Source: Actinomycetales bacterium (GTDB lineage Bacteria > Actinomycetota > Actinomycetes > Actinomycetales > JAHECE01). From it: a stretch of 64,000 nt of DNA. Location: positions 7,397 through 71,396 of the forward strand of contig JARKOU010000037.1 in the NCBI GenBank assembly GCA_029975645.1, in the 5' to 3' direction. Below, piece by piece: positions 18,433-27,638 of this stretch; position 1 is the stretch's first letter; each line of letters starts with the position of its first letter. Made by a program: the position numbers and the translations under genes. The notes under the pieces were generated by a model. The model ran no database searches. It was not told the DNA's origin and worked only from the letters and a program-made list of their open reading frames with translations.

Positions 18433-20727
18433 TCAGTCCACGACGGCGAAGCCCACCCGCATGAGGTCGCGGTCCCGCGAACTCGGCCCCACGAGCAGGT
18501 CGAACCTCCCGGGCTCGACCACCCGCCGCCCGTCCGCGGTGACGATCGAGCACGCCGAGGCCGGCACCTCGAGGTCCACCACCACGCTCTCCCCCGCCGG
18601 CACGAGCACCTGCCGGAACGCCTTCAGCTCCTTCTCGGCCCAGGTCACGCTGGTGACCAGGTCGGACACGTAGACCTGCACGGTCTCCCACGCCGGGCGC
18701 GCACCGGCGTTGGTGAGGCGCACGCGCGCCCGGACCACGCCGTCGGGCGCCACCGTGTCCTCGCGCATCTCCAGGTCGGCGTACTCCACGCGCGAGTAGG
18801 ACAGTCCCTCCCCGAACACGAACGCCGGCTCCTGCGTGAGGTCGGCGTAGCGGTCGCCGTGCTGCCCGCGGGCCTGGTTGTAGAAGACGGGCTGCTGACC
18901 GACGTGCCGCGGCACGGAGACCGGCAACCGCCCGCTCGGCTCGATGAGTCCGAGCACGAGTTCGGCGATCGCCCGCCCGCCCCGCATCCCCGGGTTGAAC
19001 GCCTCGATCAGGGCCGACGCGGCGAGCGCCGATGGCGGCAGAACCGCCGGCTTGGAGTGCACCAGCACCACCACCACGGGCGTGCCGGTGGCGACGAGGG
19101 CGTCGAGCAGGTCCACCTGCCCGCCCTGCAACTCGAGCGTCGCCGTCGAGCGCCCCTCGCCCGTCAGGGCGATCGTGTCCCCGACGACTGCCACCACCAC
19201 GTCCGCCGCGCGCGCCGCAGCCTCCGCCTCGGCCAGAAGCTCCGGGTCCACCGGCGCGGGCGAGAAGATCGGCGGGCGCGGCTGCCCGTCGGGGTAGGTC
19301 TCCCCCGCCGGATCGGGGATCAGCACCTCGATGTCCGCGCCCCGGGCGTGCGTCACGGTCCAGCCCGACGGCGCGACGGCCCGGAACCCGTCGAGAACGG
19401 TCTCGATCGTCTCGCGCGGGTGCCCGTCCGGCATCCAGTCCACCTGCCCGGATGCCCCGGCCCAGTCCCCGAGCACGGCCTGCGGGGCATCGGCGTTCGG
19501 GCCGACGACGGCGATCGTCCGGCTGGGCCCGAGCGCGACGGCCCGGCCGTCGTCGCCCGCCGCGAGACCGCCGTCGAGCGGGAGGACGCCGTCGTTGCGC
19601 AGGAGCACGAGGGAGCGCCGCGCGACCTCGAGGTTGAGCGCGGCGTGTTCGGCGCAGCCGATCACCGCGGCCTGGCGCGCGGCGTCGGGCGCGCGGGGGT
19701 CCTCGAAGAGGCCCAGTTCCATCTTGAGCCGCAGGACGCGCCGGACCGCGCCGTCGATCTCGGCCTCGGTCAGCAGCCCGCGCGCCACCGCCTCCTGGGC
19801 GCCGTCGAAGAACTCCGGCGTGGTCATGACCAGGTCGTTCCCGGCACGGACGGCGACGGCGGCCGCCTCGGCGTGGTCGGCGCACACCTTCTGCTCCCAC
19901 ACCATGCGCCCGACGTTGTCCCAGTCCGTCACAAGCGTGCCCGTGAAGCCCCACTCGCCCTTGAGGACGCCGTCGAGCAGCCAGCGGGACGCCGTGATCG
20001 GCACGCCGTCCATCGCCTGGTAGCCGAGCATGAACGTGCGGCAGCCCTCACGAGCCACCCGCTCGAACGGCGGCAGGAACCAGGAGCGGAGTTTGCGGGG
20101 GCTCAGGTCCGCCTCGCTGGCGTCCCGTCCGCCCTGGGTCTCGGAGTACCCGGCGAAGTGCTTGGCGCAGGCGAGCACCGCGGTCGGGTCCGCAAGGCCG
20201 GCGCCCTGGTAGCCGCGCACCATCGCCGCGCCGAGTTCGCCGATGAGGAAGGGGTCCTCCCCGAACGTCTCCCCCACCCGGCCCCAGCGCAGGTCACGCG
20301 CGATGCACAGGACCGGGGAGAAGGTCCAGTGGATGCCCGTGGCGGCGACCTCGACGGCGGCCGCCCGGGCGGTGCGCTCGACGAGGCCGGGATCCCAGGA
20401 GCACGCCATCGCCAGTTGGGTGGGGAAGATCGTGGCGCCGGGCCAGAAGGAGTGGCCGTGGATGCAGTCGTCCGCCGTCAGCAGCGGGATGCCCAGGCGC
20501 GTGGCCGCGGCCATCTCGATCGCCTCGAGCATCCGCGCCGGGGAGGCGTGCAGGATCGAACCGGCCGTCTTCACCGAGACGATCTCCGCCAGGTCGCCGC
20601 GGGCGTCGAGCTGCAGCATCTGGCCGACCTTCTCCGCCAGCGTCATCCGCCCGAGCAGGTCCGCCACCCGCTCCGCGATCGGGCGGGCGGGGTCCCGGTA
20701 CGGCGCGCGATCGGTCACGCTCGTCAC
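18433..20727 (-). CDS. Glycoside hydrolase family 3 beta-glucosidase-like enzyme
   Basis: RMTLAEKVGQMLQ, RDLRWGRVGETFGEDP, KHFAGYSETQGGRD and a C-terminal FnIII-like domain. Full-length ORF. Confidence 0.9.
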   Translation of the reverse strand: MTSVTDRAPYRDPARPIAERVADLLGRMTLAEKVGQMLQLDARGDLAEIVSVKTAGSILHASPARMLEAIEMAAATRLGIPLLTADDCIHGHSFWPGATIFPTQLAMACSWDPGLVERTARAAAVEVAATGIHWTFSPVLCIARDLRWGRVGETFGEDPFLIGELGAAMVRGYQGAGLADPTAVLACAKHFAGYSETQGGRDASEADLSPRKLRSWFLPPFERVAREGCRTFMLGYQAMDGVPITASRWLLDGVLKGEWGFTGTLVTDWDNVGRMVWEQKVCADHAEAAAVAVRAGNDLVMTTPEFFDGAQEAVARGLLTEAEIDGAVRRVLRLKMELGLFEDPRAPDAARQAAVIGCAEHAALNLEVARRSLVLLRNDGVLPLDGGLAAGDDGRAVALGPSRTIAVVGPNADAPQAVLGDWAGASGQVDWMPDGHPRETIETVLDGFRAVAPSGWTVTHARGADIEVLIPDPAGETYPDGQPRPPIFSPAPVDPELLAEAEAAARAADVVVAVVGDTIALTGEGRSTATLELQGGQVDLLDALVATGTPVVVVLVHSKPAVLPPSALAASALIEAFNPGMRGGRAIAELVLGLIEPSGRLPVSVPRHVGQQPVFYNQARGQHGDRYADLTQEPAFVFGEGLSYSRVEYADLEMREDTVAPDGVVRARVRLTNAGARPAWETVQVYVSDLVTSVTWAEKELKAFRQVLVPAGESVVVDLEVPASACSIVTADGRRVVEPGRFDLLVGPSSRDRDLMRVGFAVVD

Positions 20728-20764
20728 GCTAGGTGATCAGATCGACGGCAGATGACCAGGAGAG

Positions 20765-22858
20765 TCACGACGGCGCTCCTTCCGGACTCGGGCGCGGCGC
20801 AGCGGCCGGCGGGAATGCGAGCGTGGCGGGGGCCGCCGTGGCGCGGTCCGGTGAGGCCAGGCGTTCGTAGACGTCCGCGAGCGCCGTCGCCATCGCTCCG
20901 ATGGAGAAGCGCTCGCGGACGACGGCGCGGGCCCGGTCCGCGCGCACGAGCGCATCCGGCGCCGCGGCGAGGTCCAGGGCGCGGTTGATCGCTCGGGCGA
21001 GCGCGGCGGGGTCGGAGGTGTCGGCGAGCACCCCGGTCGCGCCGTCGTCCACGTACGTGGGCGGGCCCCCGGCGTCGGGCGCGACCGCCACGAGCCCGCA
21101 GGCCATCGCCTCGAGGATCGCCAGGCCGAACTCCTCCTTCAGGCTCGCGCAGACGTACGCGCCTCCGGGCGCGGCGAGGCCGGGTCGGCCGGCGCGGGTG
21201 GCGGCGAGCCACGCCGGGATCGCGGAGTTGGCGCGGTGCCCCGCCAGGAGGAGCCCCCGGCTCGGACCGTCGTTGCGGGGGACGGCGGCGTCGATCCGGG
21301 TGAGTTGCTCGCTCTCCTCGGCGGTGGGGTGCTCCAGGTCCCCGCCGACCACCAGCAGGGTGCAGCGCTCCCGCAGCGCGGAATCGCCGGCCCAGGCGGC
21401 GACGAGCGTCGCCGTCCCCTTCACCCGGTGCACGCGACCGACCGTCACCGCGAGCGGCAGGCTCCGGCGCCCCGGCGGGAGGGTGCGCAGGAGGGCGTCG
21501 AGATCGGCGAGGGCGCGCGCCGTCGCCGGGTCCGGCCGCTCCGCCTGTTCCGCCTGCTCCTCCGGAGGGTTGGGCGCGCGAGGTGCGGCGGTCAGCCCGA
21601 CCGAGGCGAGGGCGCGATCGATCGGCCCGAGATCGATCCCCTCGCCCACCACGGAGTACCGCTCGGGGTGCGCGGCGACGTCGAGCCCGAGCAGGTCCCG
21701 GGTGTCGCGGGCGACGTCGGGCCGGGGGAAAAGGACAACGTGCGCGGCCTGGGTGACCAGGCGGGCCACGAGGTGGTGCCGGAACCAGAGGTGCTCGGCG
21801 AGGTCGGCGGGCGCGAACGTGGCCCGGATGAGGGTGCCCGCTGCCTCGCGGGCGGCGATGAGGGCGTGCGGGTCGGGCGCGGCGGTGAACACCACGGGGA
21901 TGCGGAGGTCGTGGGCGACGTCGGCGGCGACCATCGAGCCGACGTCGGCCATCCGTAGGTGCAGCACGTCCACGTGGCCGGCGGCGCGCAGGACCGCGGC
22001 GATCCCCGCGCGCGCCGCGGCCCAGCGCGGCCAGGCGTCGGCGGCGGGCACGGGCCGGCCGGGGAGCGGGACGTGGGGGAAGTGGTGGCCGGGTCCGGCG
22101 AGGCGTGCGGGCGACGGCTCCGGGGTATCCGGCCCGCCGCGGGAGATCGTCAGCACGCGCTGGACGCGACCGTCCGCCAGGAGCGCGTCGCCGAGGTGCG
22201 CCAGCAGGGTCGCGATGCCGCCGGCGTCGCCCTGGCCGGCGTGGCTGAGGTCGCGGTCCAGGTCAGCGTGGAGGTAGACCTGCGCGACGGTGAGCGCGGG
22301 CTGTTCGGGAGGACGGGTGGCGGACGACGACGGCGGGGCGGAGGACGGAGCGCGCCCCGGCCGCTGCGTTCCGAGCGGCGTCAAGGCCTGCCCAGACGTC
22401 CCGGCCTCCTCGCCCCACGCGGCCAGGGTCCGCTCCGCGAGCATCCCGGTGAACGCGCCGGCCGCGGCCATGCGCTGCAGGTGCGGCATCGCCGGGTCAT
22501 GCCGCGGTCGGCCACCGAGAGCCCAGGCCGCGTGCTCCGCGAGGGCGGCGGTGAATGCGCCCTCAGGGCCGGTGGGGACGTGCTCGCCAGGGCGGGTTGC
22601 GGGCAGGCCGCGAGCCAGCAGGTCGGTCAGCACCACCGCGGCGGCGGGATGGTCCACGCGCCCGAGGGCGTGGACGGCGGCGATGGCCGTGAGGTGATCG
22701 GAGGTGTCGGCGGCCGCGGCCGCCAGGAGCGCAGCCGCGCGGGCGCCGTCGTCGTCGGTGCTCGCAGCCTCGCCGAGGTCGACGGCGCGCCGCATGCCCT
22801 CGAGCAGGCTCGGGGCCTGGCGGACGGAGTCCAGGGCGGCGGCGGTCGATCCGGGCAT
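20765..22858 (-). CDS. GT4-family glycosyltransferase (sucrose-phosphate/sucrose-synthase-like GT-B) with ~190-aa N-terminal HEAT/ARM-like extension
   Basis: C-terminal LKEEFGLAILEAMACGLVAVAPDAGGPPTYV (E-x7-E GT4 motif). N-terminal part has Ala/Leu-rich helical repeats (AIAAVHALGRV..). Confidence 0.75.
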   Translation of the reverse strand: MPGSTAAALDSVRQAPSLLEGMRRAVDLGEAASTDDDGARAAALLAAAAADTSDHLTAIAAVHALGRVDHPAAAVVLTDLLARGLPATRPGEHVPTGPEGAFTAALAEHAAWALGGRPRHDPAMPHLQRMAAAGAFTGMLAERTLAAWGEEAGTSGQALTPLGTQRPGRAPSSAPPSSSATRPPEQPALTVAQVYLHADLDRDLSHAGQGDAGGIATLLAHLGDALLADGRVQRVLTISRGGPDTPEPSPARLAGPGHHFPHVPLPGRPVPAADAWPRWAAARAGIAAVLRAAGHVDVLHLRMADVGSMVAADVAHDLRIPVVFTAAPDPHALIAAREAAGTLIRATFAPADLAEHLWFRHHLVARLVTQAAHVVLFPRPDVARDTRDLLGLDVAAHPERYSVVGEGIDLGPIDRALASVGLTAAPRAPNPPEEQAEQAERPDPATARALADLDALLRTLPPGRRSLPLAVTVGRVHRVKGTATLVAAWAGDSALRERCTLLVVGGDLEHPTAEESEQLTRIDAAVPRNDGPSRGLLLAGHRANSAIPAWLAATRAGRPGLAAPGGAYVCASLKEEFGLAILEAMACGLVAVAPDAGGPPTYVDDGATGVLADTSDPAALARAINRALDLAAAPDALVRADRARAVVRERFSIGAMATALADVYERLASPDRATAAPATLAFPPAAAPRPSPEGAPS

Positions 22859-22879
22859 GGGGCTGCGCGGTTCAGGGCC

Positions 22880-24184
22880 TCAGGGGCTCAGCCGGCGCGA
22901 GACCGCGCGGGCCGTGCGCCGGCCGGAGACGATCGCGCCCTGGATCGAGGCCGTGTCGCGGTGGTCGCCGCACACGAACAGGCCGTCGCCGAGCGAAACC
23001 TCGCGACGGACCGCCAGCGGCGCGGGCTGTGCGGGGAGGGCGTGGGGGATCTCGTGGCGGGCGAGCAGGCGCCAGCGGTCGGCGGGCCGGCCGACCATCT
23101 CGGCGGCCTGGCGGCGGATGGTCGCCTCGTCCGGCGCCGGGCCGGTGGCCGGGAGCAGGCACGTCGCCTGGATCAGGTGCCGGCCGGGCGGGGCGTACGA
23201 CGGCGCAGCGGCGCTCATCACGGCCGCGTTGACCACCGGGCCGCGACGGCGTCCGTCCAGATAGAGGACCGGCAGGCGGGCGAACGGTCCCGCGGTGGGC
23301 GGCTCCTCGGCGGCGAACCAGCACGTGACCAGGCCCTTCATCGCCGGGGCCGGGACGCCGGCGAGGCGCTCGGCGGTGGTCGGGTCGGTGGCGACCACCG
23401 TGGCCCGGGCCGTGACCGTGGTGCCGCCGGCGTGGACGCGGCGGGCGCCGTCGTCGGCCCTCTCGATGCGCTCCACGCGCGAGCCGAGGGTGACGACCCC
23501 CTCGGGCAGGTGCGCTGCGACCTGCTCGGGGAGCGCGGCCATGCCCGCGGCGGGCACGCCCGGGGTGCCGAGGAGAAAGGCGCGCACGAGCAGGCGGACG
23601 AACGCGGCGGAGGTGGCGGCGTCGTCGTCGGTGGCGAGGACCCCGGCGAGGAACGGCGCGAGGACCTCACGGCGCAGGCGGCCCTCGACGTGGGGGCCCA
23701 CGAACGACTCGGCGAGCGTGGCGTCCGGGCGGGCGAGGAGGCGGCGGCGGACCGGGCCGAGCGCGGGTGCCGCCCAACGGGCGAGAGCGAGGAGTTCCAG
23801 GGGGCTCGCGTATCCGCTGCGCAGGGTGTCGAGGAGGTGGCGCGGGGCGCAGCGGGGGTCGGCGAGGAGAACGAGCGGGCCGGGCGTGGTGGGGCCGGCG
23901 CCGGGTTGCGTGGCGGTGGCGGGGCGGCGGACCGCGACGCCGGGGAAGAACGGCCGGAGGTCGAGGGCGTCGAGGTCGATGCGCTCCCGGACGGCCGGGT
24001 AGGCGGGGTTGAGCAGCTGGAAGCCGCGGTCGAGGGTGAATCCGTCCACGTGCTCGGTGCGGATCCGGCCGCCGACGGCGTCGCCCGCCTCGAGCACGCG
24101 GACCGTGTACCCGCGGTCGTGGAGCGATCGGGCGCACTCGAGGCCGGCCAGGCCAGCACCGATGACGACGACGTCGCAGTCCAT
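22880..24184 (-). CDS. NAD(P)/FAD-dependent oxidoreductase (amine oxidase / phytoene desaturase-like)
   Basis: DVVVIGAGLAGLECARSL..VLEAGDAVGGR dinucleotide-binding motif. Full-length ORF. Confidence 0.8.
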   Translation of the reverse strand: MDCDVVVIGAGLAGLECARSLHDRGYTVRVLEAGDAVGGRIRTEHVDGFTLDRGFQLLNPAYPAVRERIDLDALDLRPFFPGVAVRRPATATQPGAGPTTPGPLVLLADPRCAPRHLLDTLRSGYASPLELLALARWAAPALGPVRRRLLARPDATLAESFVGPHVEGRLRREVLAPFLAGVLATDDDAATSAAFVRLLVRAFLLGTPGVPAAGMAALPEQVAAHLPEGVVTLGSRVERIERADDGARRVHAGGTTVTARATVVATDPTTAERLAGVPAPAMKGLVTCWFAAEEPPTAGPFARLPVLYLDGRRRGPVVNAAVMSAAAPSYAPPGRHLIQATCLLPATGPAPDEATIRRQAAEMVGRPADRWRLLARHEIPHALPAQPAPLAVRREVSLGDGLFVCGDHRDTASIQGAIVSGRRTARAVSRRLSP

Positions 24185-24233
24185 GGGGGAAGCGTAAGTG
24201 GCGGCAGCGGGGCCCGCCGCCCGGGCATGCGAG

Positions 24234-24295
24234 GTCGAGATCGACGTTGTGGGGCGTGGCCGGGCCCGACGACGCCCCGCAACGCCTATCTCAAC
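24234..24295. repeat. REP-like palindromic element, copy A
   Basis: GTCGAGATCGACGTTGTGGGGCGT, 14-nt loop, ACGCCCCGCAACGCCTATCTCAAC. Its right end touches the TetR stop codon. Confidence 0.85.
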
Positions 24296-25028
24296 CGCGA
24301 GGCGCGGCCGATCCGGCGTCGGGGAGCCAGGCCTCGATGAGCCGCTCGACCTCGGCGCGGTAGAAGGTCTCGGCGTCGGGGTACACCTCGTCCAGGTGGT
24401 GGAGGATCTCGAGCGTCACCATTCCGTGGAAGTGCGCCCAGGCGCCGAGGAAGGGCCCGATGGCCTCGGGCGGGAAGCCCGGGGCGGCGGCGGCCACGAG
24501 GGCCACCTCGCCGGGCTCGGCGGGTCGGGTGGACCGGGGCGGGACGAGAGCGCCGGCCCGGGTGCCCTCGACGACGATCGCGAGGAACACCTGGGTCATG
24601 CGGTGCGCCGCCTCGGCGGCGGGACCCTGCTGCGGCGGTGTGTATCCGGGGATCGGGGTTCCGAAGATGAGAAGGAAGCGGTTGGGGTTCTCCAGGGCCC
24701 AGCGCCGGTAGGCGAGGATCGCCGCGCGCATGCGCTCGACCGGGGAGCCGTGACGGCTCGCCGCGACGACGGCGTCGGTGTGGTCGTTGCAGGCGTCGGC
24801 GAGGAGGTGCGTGATGAGGTCGTCCAGACCGTCGACGTACCGGTAGAGGCCCGCCGGGCTCATGCCGATCGAGCGCGCGATGCCGCGGATGGTGAGGGAG
24901 CCCGCGCCTTCGGCGGCGATCGCGTCGAGCGCCGCCTGCTTGATGTCCTCGATGGTGGCCGCGCGGTGCTGCGCGCGCCGCGTGGGCGGCGGCGTGGCGT
25001 TCGACGTCGACCGTGCTGCCGGGCTCAT
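24291..25028 (-). CDS. TetR/AcrR-family transcriptional regulator
   Basis: Inner part of ORF 24291..25442, ATG at 25028. HTH LTIRGIARSIGMSPAGLYRYV. Confidence 0.85.
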   Translation of the reverse strand: MSPAARSTSNATPPPTRRAQHRAATIEDIKQAALDAIAAEGAGSLTIRGIARSIGMSPAGLYRYVDGLDDLITHLLADACNDHTDAVVAASRHGSPVERMRAAILAYRRWALENPNRFLLIFGTPIPGYTPPQQGPAAEAAHRMTQVFLAIVVEGTRAGALVPPRSTRPAEPGEVALVAAAAPGFPPEAIGPFLGAWAHFHGMVTLEILHHLDEVYPDAETFYRAEVERLIEAWLPDAGSAAPRG

Positions 25029-25149
25029 CCCGTCACTCTGCCGCGGGCGGCTCGGATGTGCAAACACCATTGACGATGCGAACGTTGTTCGCGTAGTGTG
25101 AGTGAACAGTGTTCGCGCCTCGGGTACGCGCTTGCTCGGCGGCTGAGGG

Positions 25150-25290
25150 ACGTCGACCACGTCAACGCCCACGTCGAGGGCTCTCGCCGCCCACGTCGAG
25201 GGCTTTCGCCGCCCACGTCGAGGGCTTTCGCCGCCCACGTCGAGGGCTCTCGCCGCCCACGTCGAGGGCTCTCGCCCGCGACGTCGAGCG
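25150..25290. repeat. 22-bp tandem array ACGTCGAGGGCT[CT]TCGCCGCCC: 5 full units (25171-25280) plus degenerate flanking units
   Basis: Unit starts read at 25171, 25193, 25215, 25237 and 25259, with partial units at 25150, 25159 and 25281. Two unit variants (CTCTCG / CTTTCG). Lies in the TetR/epimerase divergent intergenic region. Confidence 0.9.
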
Positions 25291-25344
25291 CCGGCGCGAT
25301 GACGGCCTCGGCGCACGCTTCGACCCATCGGAAGGTGAACCGCC

Positions 25345-26280
25345 ATGACGGAACTCCACGTGGTCCTGGGCTCGACCGGCGGGGCCGGGAACGCCATCGC
25401 CCGCGCCCTGAACGGGGCGGGCCTACCGGTCCGCGCCGTCAACCGGTCCGGGCGCGCGGACCTCCCCGAGGGAGTCGAGATGCGCGCCGCGGACCTGACC
25501 GACGACGACGGCGCCCGGCACGCTGTCGAGGGTGCCGCCGTCGTCTATCTCGCCGCCCAGCCGCCGTACCACCGGTGGGCGGAGGAGTTCCCGCCGATGC
25601 TGCGCCGGGTGCTGGACGCCGTCGAGCAGGTCGGCGCGAAACTCGTGATGGTGGACAACCTGTACTCCTACGGGCCGTCGCCCACACCGCTCACCGAGGC
25701 GACGCCGCAGCACGCGCGGGACCGCAAGGGCGCCGTCCGGCGGGCGATGACCGAGACGCTCCTCGAGGCCCACCGCACCGGCCGCGTGCGCGTGGCGATC
25801 GGGCGGGCGTCGGACTACCTCGGACCACGCGCGGACAACTCCTCGATCACGGTCCTCGCCGTCGAACCCGGCGCCCGGGGCAAGCCCATCCGGTGGCTGG
25901 GACGCCTCGACGTCCCCCACTCGATCGGGTACCTCCCCGACCTCGCGCGGGCGTACGTCGCGCTCGGGACGTCGGAGGCCGCCGACGGCGCGACCTGGCA
26001 CCTCCCGCACGCCGCGCCGGTCACCGGTCGTGAGTTCCTGGCGATGGTGAACGCGGCGCTGCCGGCACCGGTGCCCGCGGGGGCGATCTCGCCGACCATG
26101 CTCCGGCTCGCCGCCCCGTTCCACCGGATCTCCCGGGAGATGCTCGGCATCCTCGAGCAGTGGACGCAGCCCTTCGTGGTGGACGACGGCGCGTTCCAGC
26201 GCGTGTTCGGGCCCGTCGCAGTGACTCCGCTCGAGGAGGCGGTGGGCGAGGCCGTCGCGTGGTACGCCAGGCGTGCGTGA
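25345..26280 (+). CDS. NAD-dependent epimerase/dehydratase-family (atypical SDR) protein
   Basis: VLGSTGGAGNAIARAL Rossmann motif. Full-length ORF with GC3-rich codon usage. Confidence 0.75.
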   Translation: MTELHVVLGSTGGAGNAIARALNGAGLPVRAVNRSGRADLPEGVEMRAADLTDDDGARHAVEGAAVVYLAAQPPYHRWAEEFPPMLRRVLDAVEQVGAKLVMVDNLYSYGPSPTPLTEATPQHARDRKGAVRRAMTETLLEAHRTGRVRVAIGRASDYLGPRADNSSITVLAVEPGARGKPIRWLGRLDVPHSIGYLPDLARAYVALGTSEAADGATWHLPHAAPVTGREFLAMVNAALPAPVPAGAISPTMLRLAAPFHRISREMLGILEQWTQPFVVDDGAFQRVFGPVAVTPLEEAVGEAVAWYARRA

Positions 26281-26292
26281 CGCGCCGCACGG

Positions 26293-26354
26293 GTCGAGAT
26301 CGACGTTGCGGGGCGTAGCCGGGCTCGACGACGCCCCACAACGTCGATCTCGAC
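26293..26354. repeat. REP-like palindromic element, copy B (best hairpin, 23/24 bp)
   Basis: GTCGAGATCGACGTTGCGGGGCGT, agccgggctcgacg, ACGCCCCACAACGTCGATCTCGAC. Confidence 0.9.
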
Positions 26355-26376
26355 CACGCCGGGCGCGCATGAGCCC

Positions 26377-27264
26377 TCATCCGCGCGCCGCCTGCTCGAG
26401 CATCGCGCCGATCAGCGCGAGCATGTCGTCGCGCCGGGCGAACTGAGCGGCGTCGATGACGATGGGCGTCCACCCGACGCGGCGGATCGCGTTGAGGCGA
26501 GCGCGGTCGAGGCGGATCTGCGCGGGGTCGTCGTGGTACGCGCCGTCGTACTCGCACGCCACGCGCAGGAGCAGCCAGGCGAGTTCCACCCGCGCGACGA
26601 ACCGGCCCTCGGGGGTGAAGATCTTGTGCTGGGTCTTGGGCCGCGGCAGGCCGCCGAGCGCGATCACCACGCGCAACTCCGACTCGCGGACCGATTCCGC
26701 CCCGGGGTCCACGAGGTCGAGGGCCGGCGCGATCCGGCTCAGCCATCGGGCGCGTGGATGCGCCGCGGCGACGGCGAGCACGTGCTCCGGGCGGAGGCGC
26801 GTCCGGCGGGCGAGGGCGTCGAGCAGCGGGACGGTCTGCAGCGGCGGCCCGGACCGGGCGACGTCGAACGCGGTGCGGGCGGGGTTGGTCATCCGCCCGA
26901 GTGCGCCGCCCATCACCTCGCCGGGGAGCAGGAGATCGCGGCGGACGTGGATCTCGCTGCGGTTCCGCACGGTCGCGCCCGGCGGCACGATCACCTCGAC
27001 GGGATCCTCGGGGTCCGCGAGTTGCACGCCCATGTTCCAGAGGGCGCTCCGCCCGGCGAGCACCGTGCCCGGCGGCATGACCTGCATCGCGGCGAGGATC
27101 CGGTCGGTGTGGCTGATCTCGTCGGTCGCGGGGCAGTACACCCCGCGCAGCACCCGTTGGTAGGAGGGGCCGCGCAGGTCGTCCGCGCTGATCACGCGCA
27201 TCGCCTCGGCGCGGGTGAAGACCCGGTCGCTGAACCGGTCGGGGATCGGGGAGGGCCTGGTCAC
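26377..27264 (-). CDS. DUF559 / Vsr-like endonuclease-fold protein with N-terminal wHTH (AbiEi_4-like) region
   Basis: C-terminal CEYDGAYHDDPAQIRLDRARLNAIRRVGWTPIVI is typical of DUF559. Start uncertain (GTG 27264 preferred; the ORF is open to 27357). Confidence 0.7.
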   Translation of the reverse strand: MTRPSPIPDRFSDRVFTRAEAMRVISADDLRGPSYQRVLRGVYCPATDEISHTDRILAAMQVMPPGTVLAGRSALWNMGVQLADPEDPVEVIVPPGATVRNRSEIHVRRDLLLPGEVMGGALGRMTNPARTAFDVARSGPPLQTVPLLDALARRTRLRPEHVLAVAAAHPRARWLSRIAPALDLVDPGAESVRESELRVVIALGGLPRPKTQHKIFTPEGRFVARVELAWLLLRVACEYDGAYHDDPAQIRLDRARLNAIRRVGWTPIVIDAAQFARRDDMLALIGAMLEQAARG

Positions 27265-27385
27265 GCGGGCATCGTCCGTGCCGGGGGCGCGCGGCCGCCC
27301 GGCGAGGCGGCCCCGCGGTGGACGAGACGACGCCGGAACGACCTGGGGAGCGCGCAAGGCTGGGCCGCGGCGGACCCCGGCGGAT

Positions 27386-27443
27386 GAGATCGACGTTGTG
27401 GGGCGTGTTCGGCGGGTGGACGCCCGAAAACGCAGAGGTGATC
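27386..27443. repeat. REP-like element, copy C (asymmetric arms)
   Basis: GAGATCGACGTTGTGGGGCGT, 13-nt loop, ACGCCCGAAAACGCAGAGGTGATC. Confidence 0.85.
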
Positions 27444-27580
27444 ACGCCCCGGCCGCCCGCGCGCTCATCCCTGAGCCGCACCGGCCAATCGACCGGCTCG
27501 CGTGCCTCCGCGGACGACGATGGCCGTGTGAGGAGGCGGGGTCTGGAGGGGGTGCCGACGGGCGACGGGCCCCGGCGGGT

Positions 27581-27638
27581 GAGATCGACGTTGTGGGGCG
27601 TGTTCGGCGCGCGGACGCCCGAGAACGCAGAGGTGATC
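27581..27638. repeat. REP-like element, copy D (asymmetric arms)
   Basis: GAGATCGACGTTGTGGGGCGT, 13-nt loop, ACGCCCGAGAACGCAGAGGTGATC. Near-identical to copy C. Confidence 0.85.

Noticed and set aside
16709-20736. Overlapping ~1080-1090-aa ORFs (16709..19954 minus, 17464..20736 plus)
   Set aside because: These are out-of-frame or antisense shadows of the DHA2 MFS gene and the GH3 gene, both of which have clear family motifs in other frames.
25150-25290. The 22-bp array as a possible CRISPR array
   Set aside because: The units are directly adjacent with no unique spacers, the period equals the repeat length, and no cas genes are present in the window. It is a minisatellite, not a CRISPR array.
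26377-27357. The DUF559/AbiEi-like gene as the antitoxin of an AbiE toxin-antitoxin pair
   Set aside because: No AbiEii-type nucleotidyltransferase partner ORF lies next to it; the flanks are repeats and unrelated genes.
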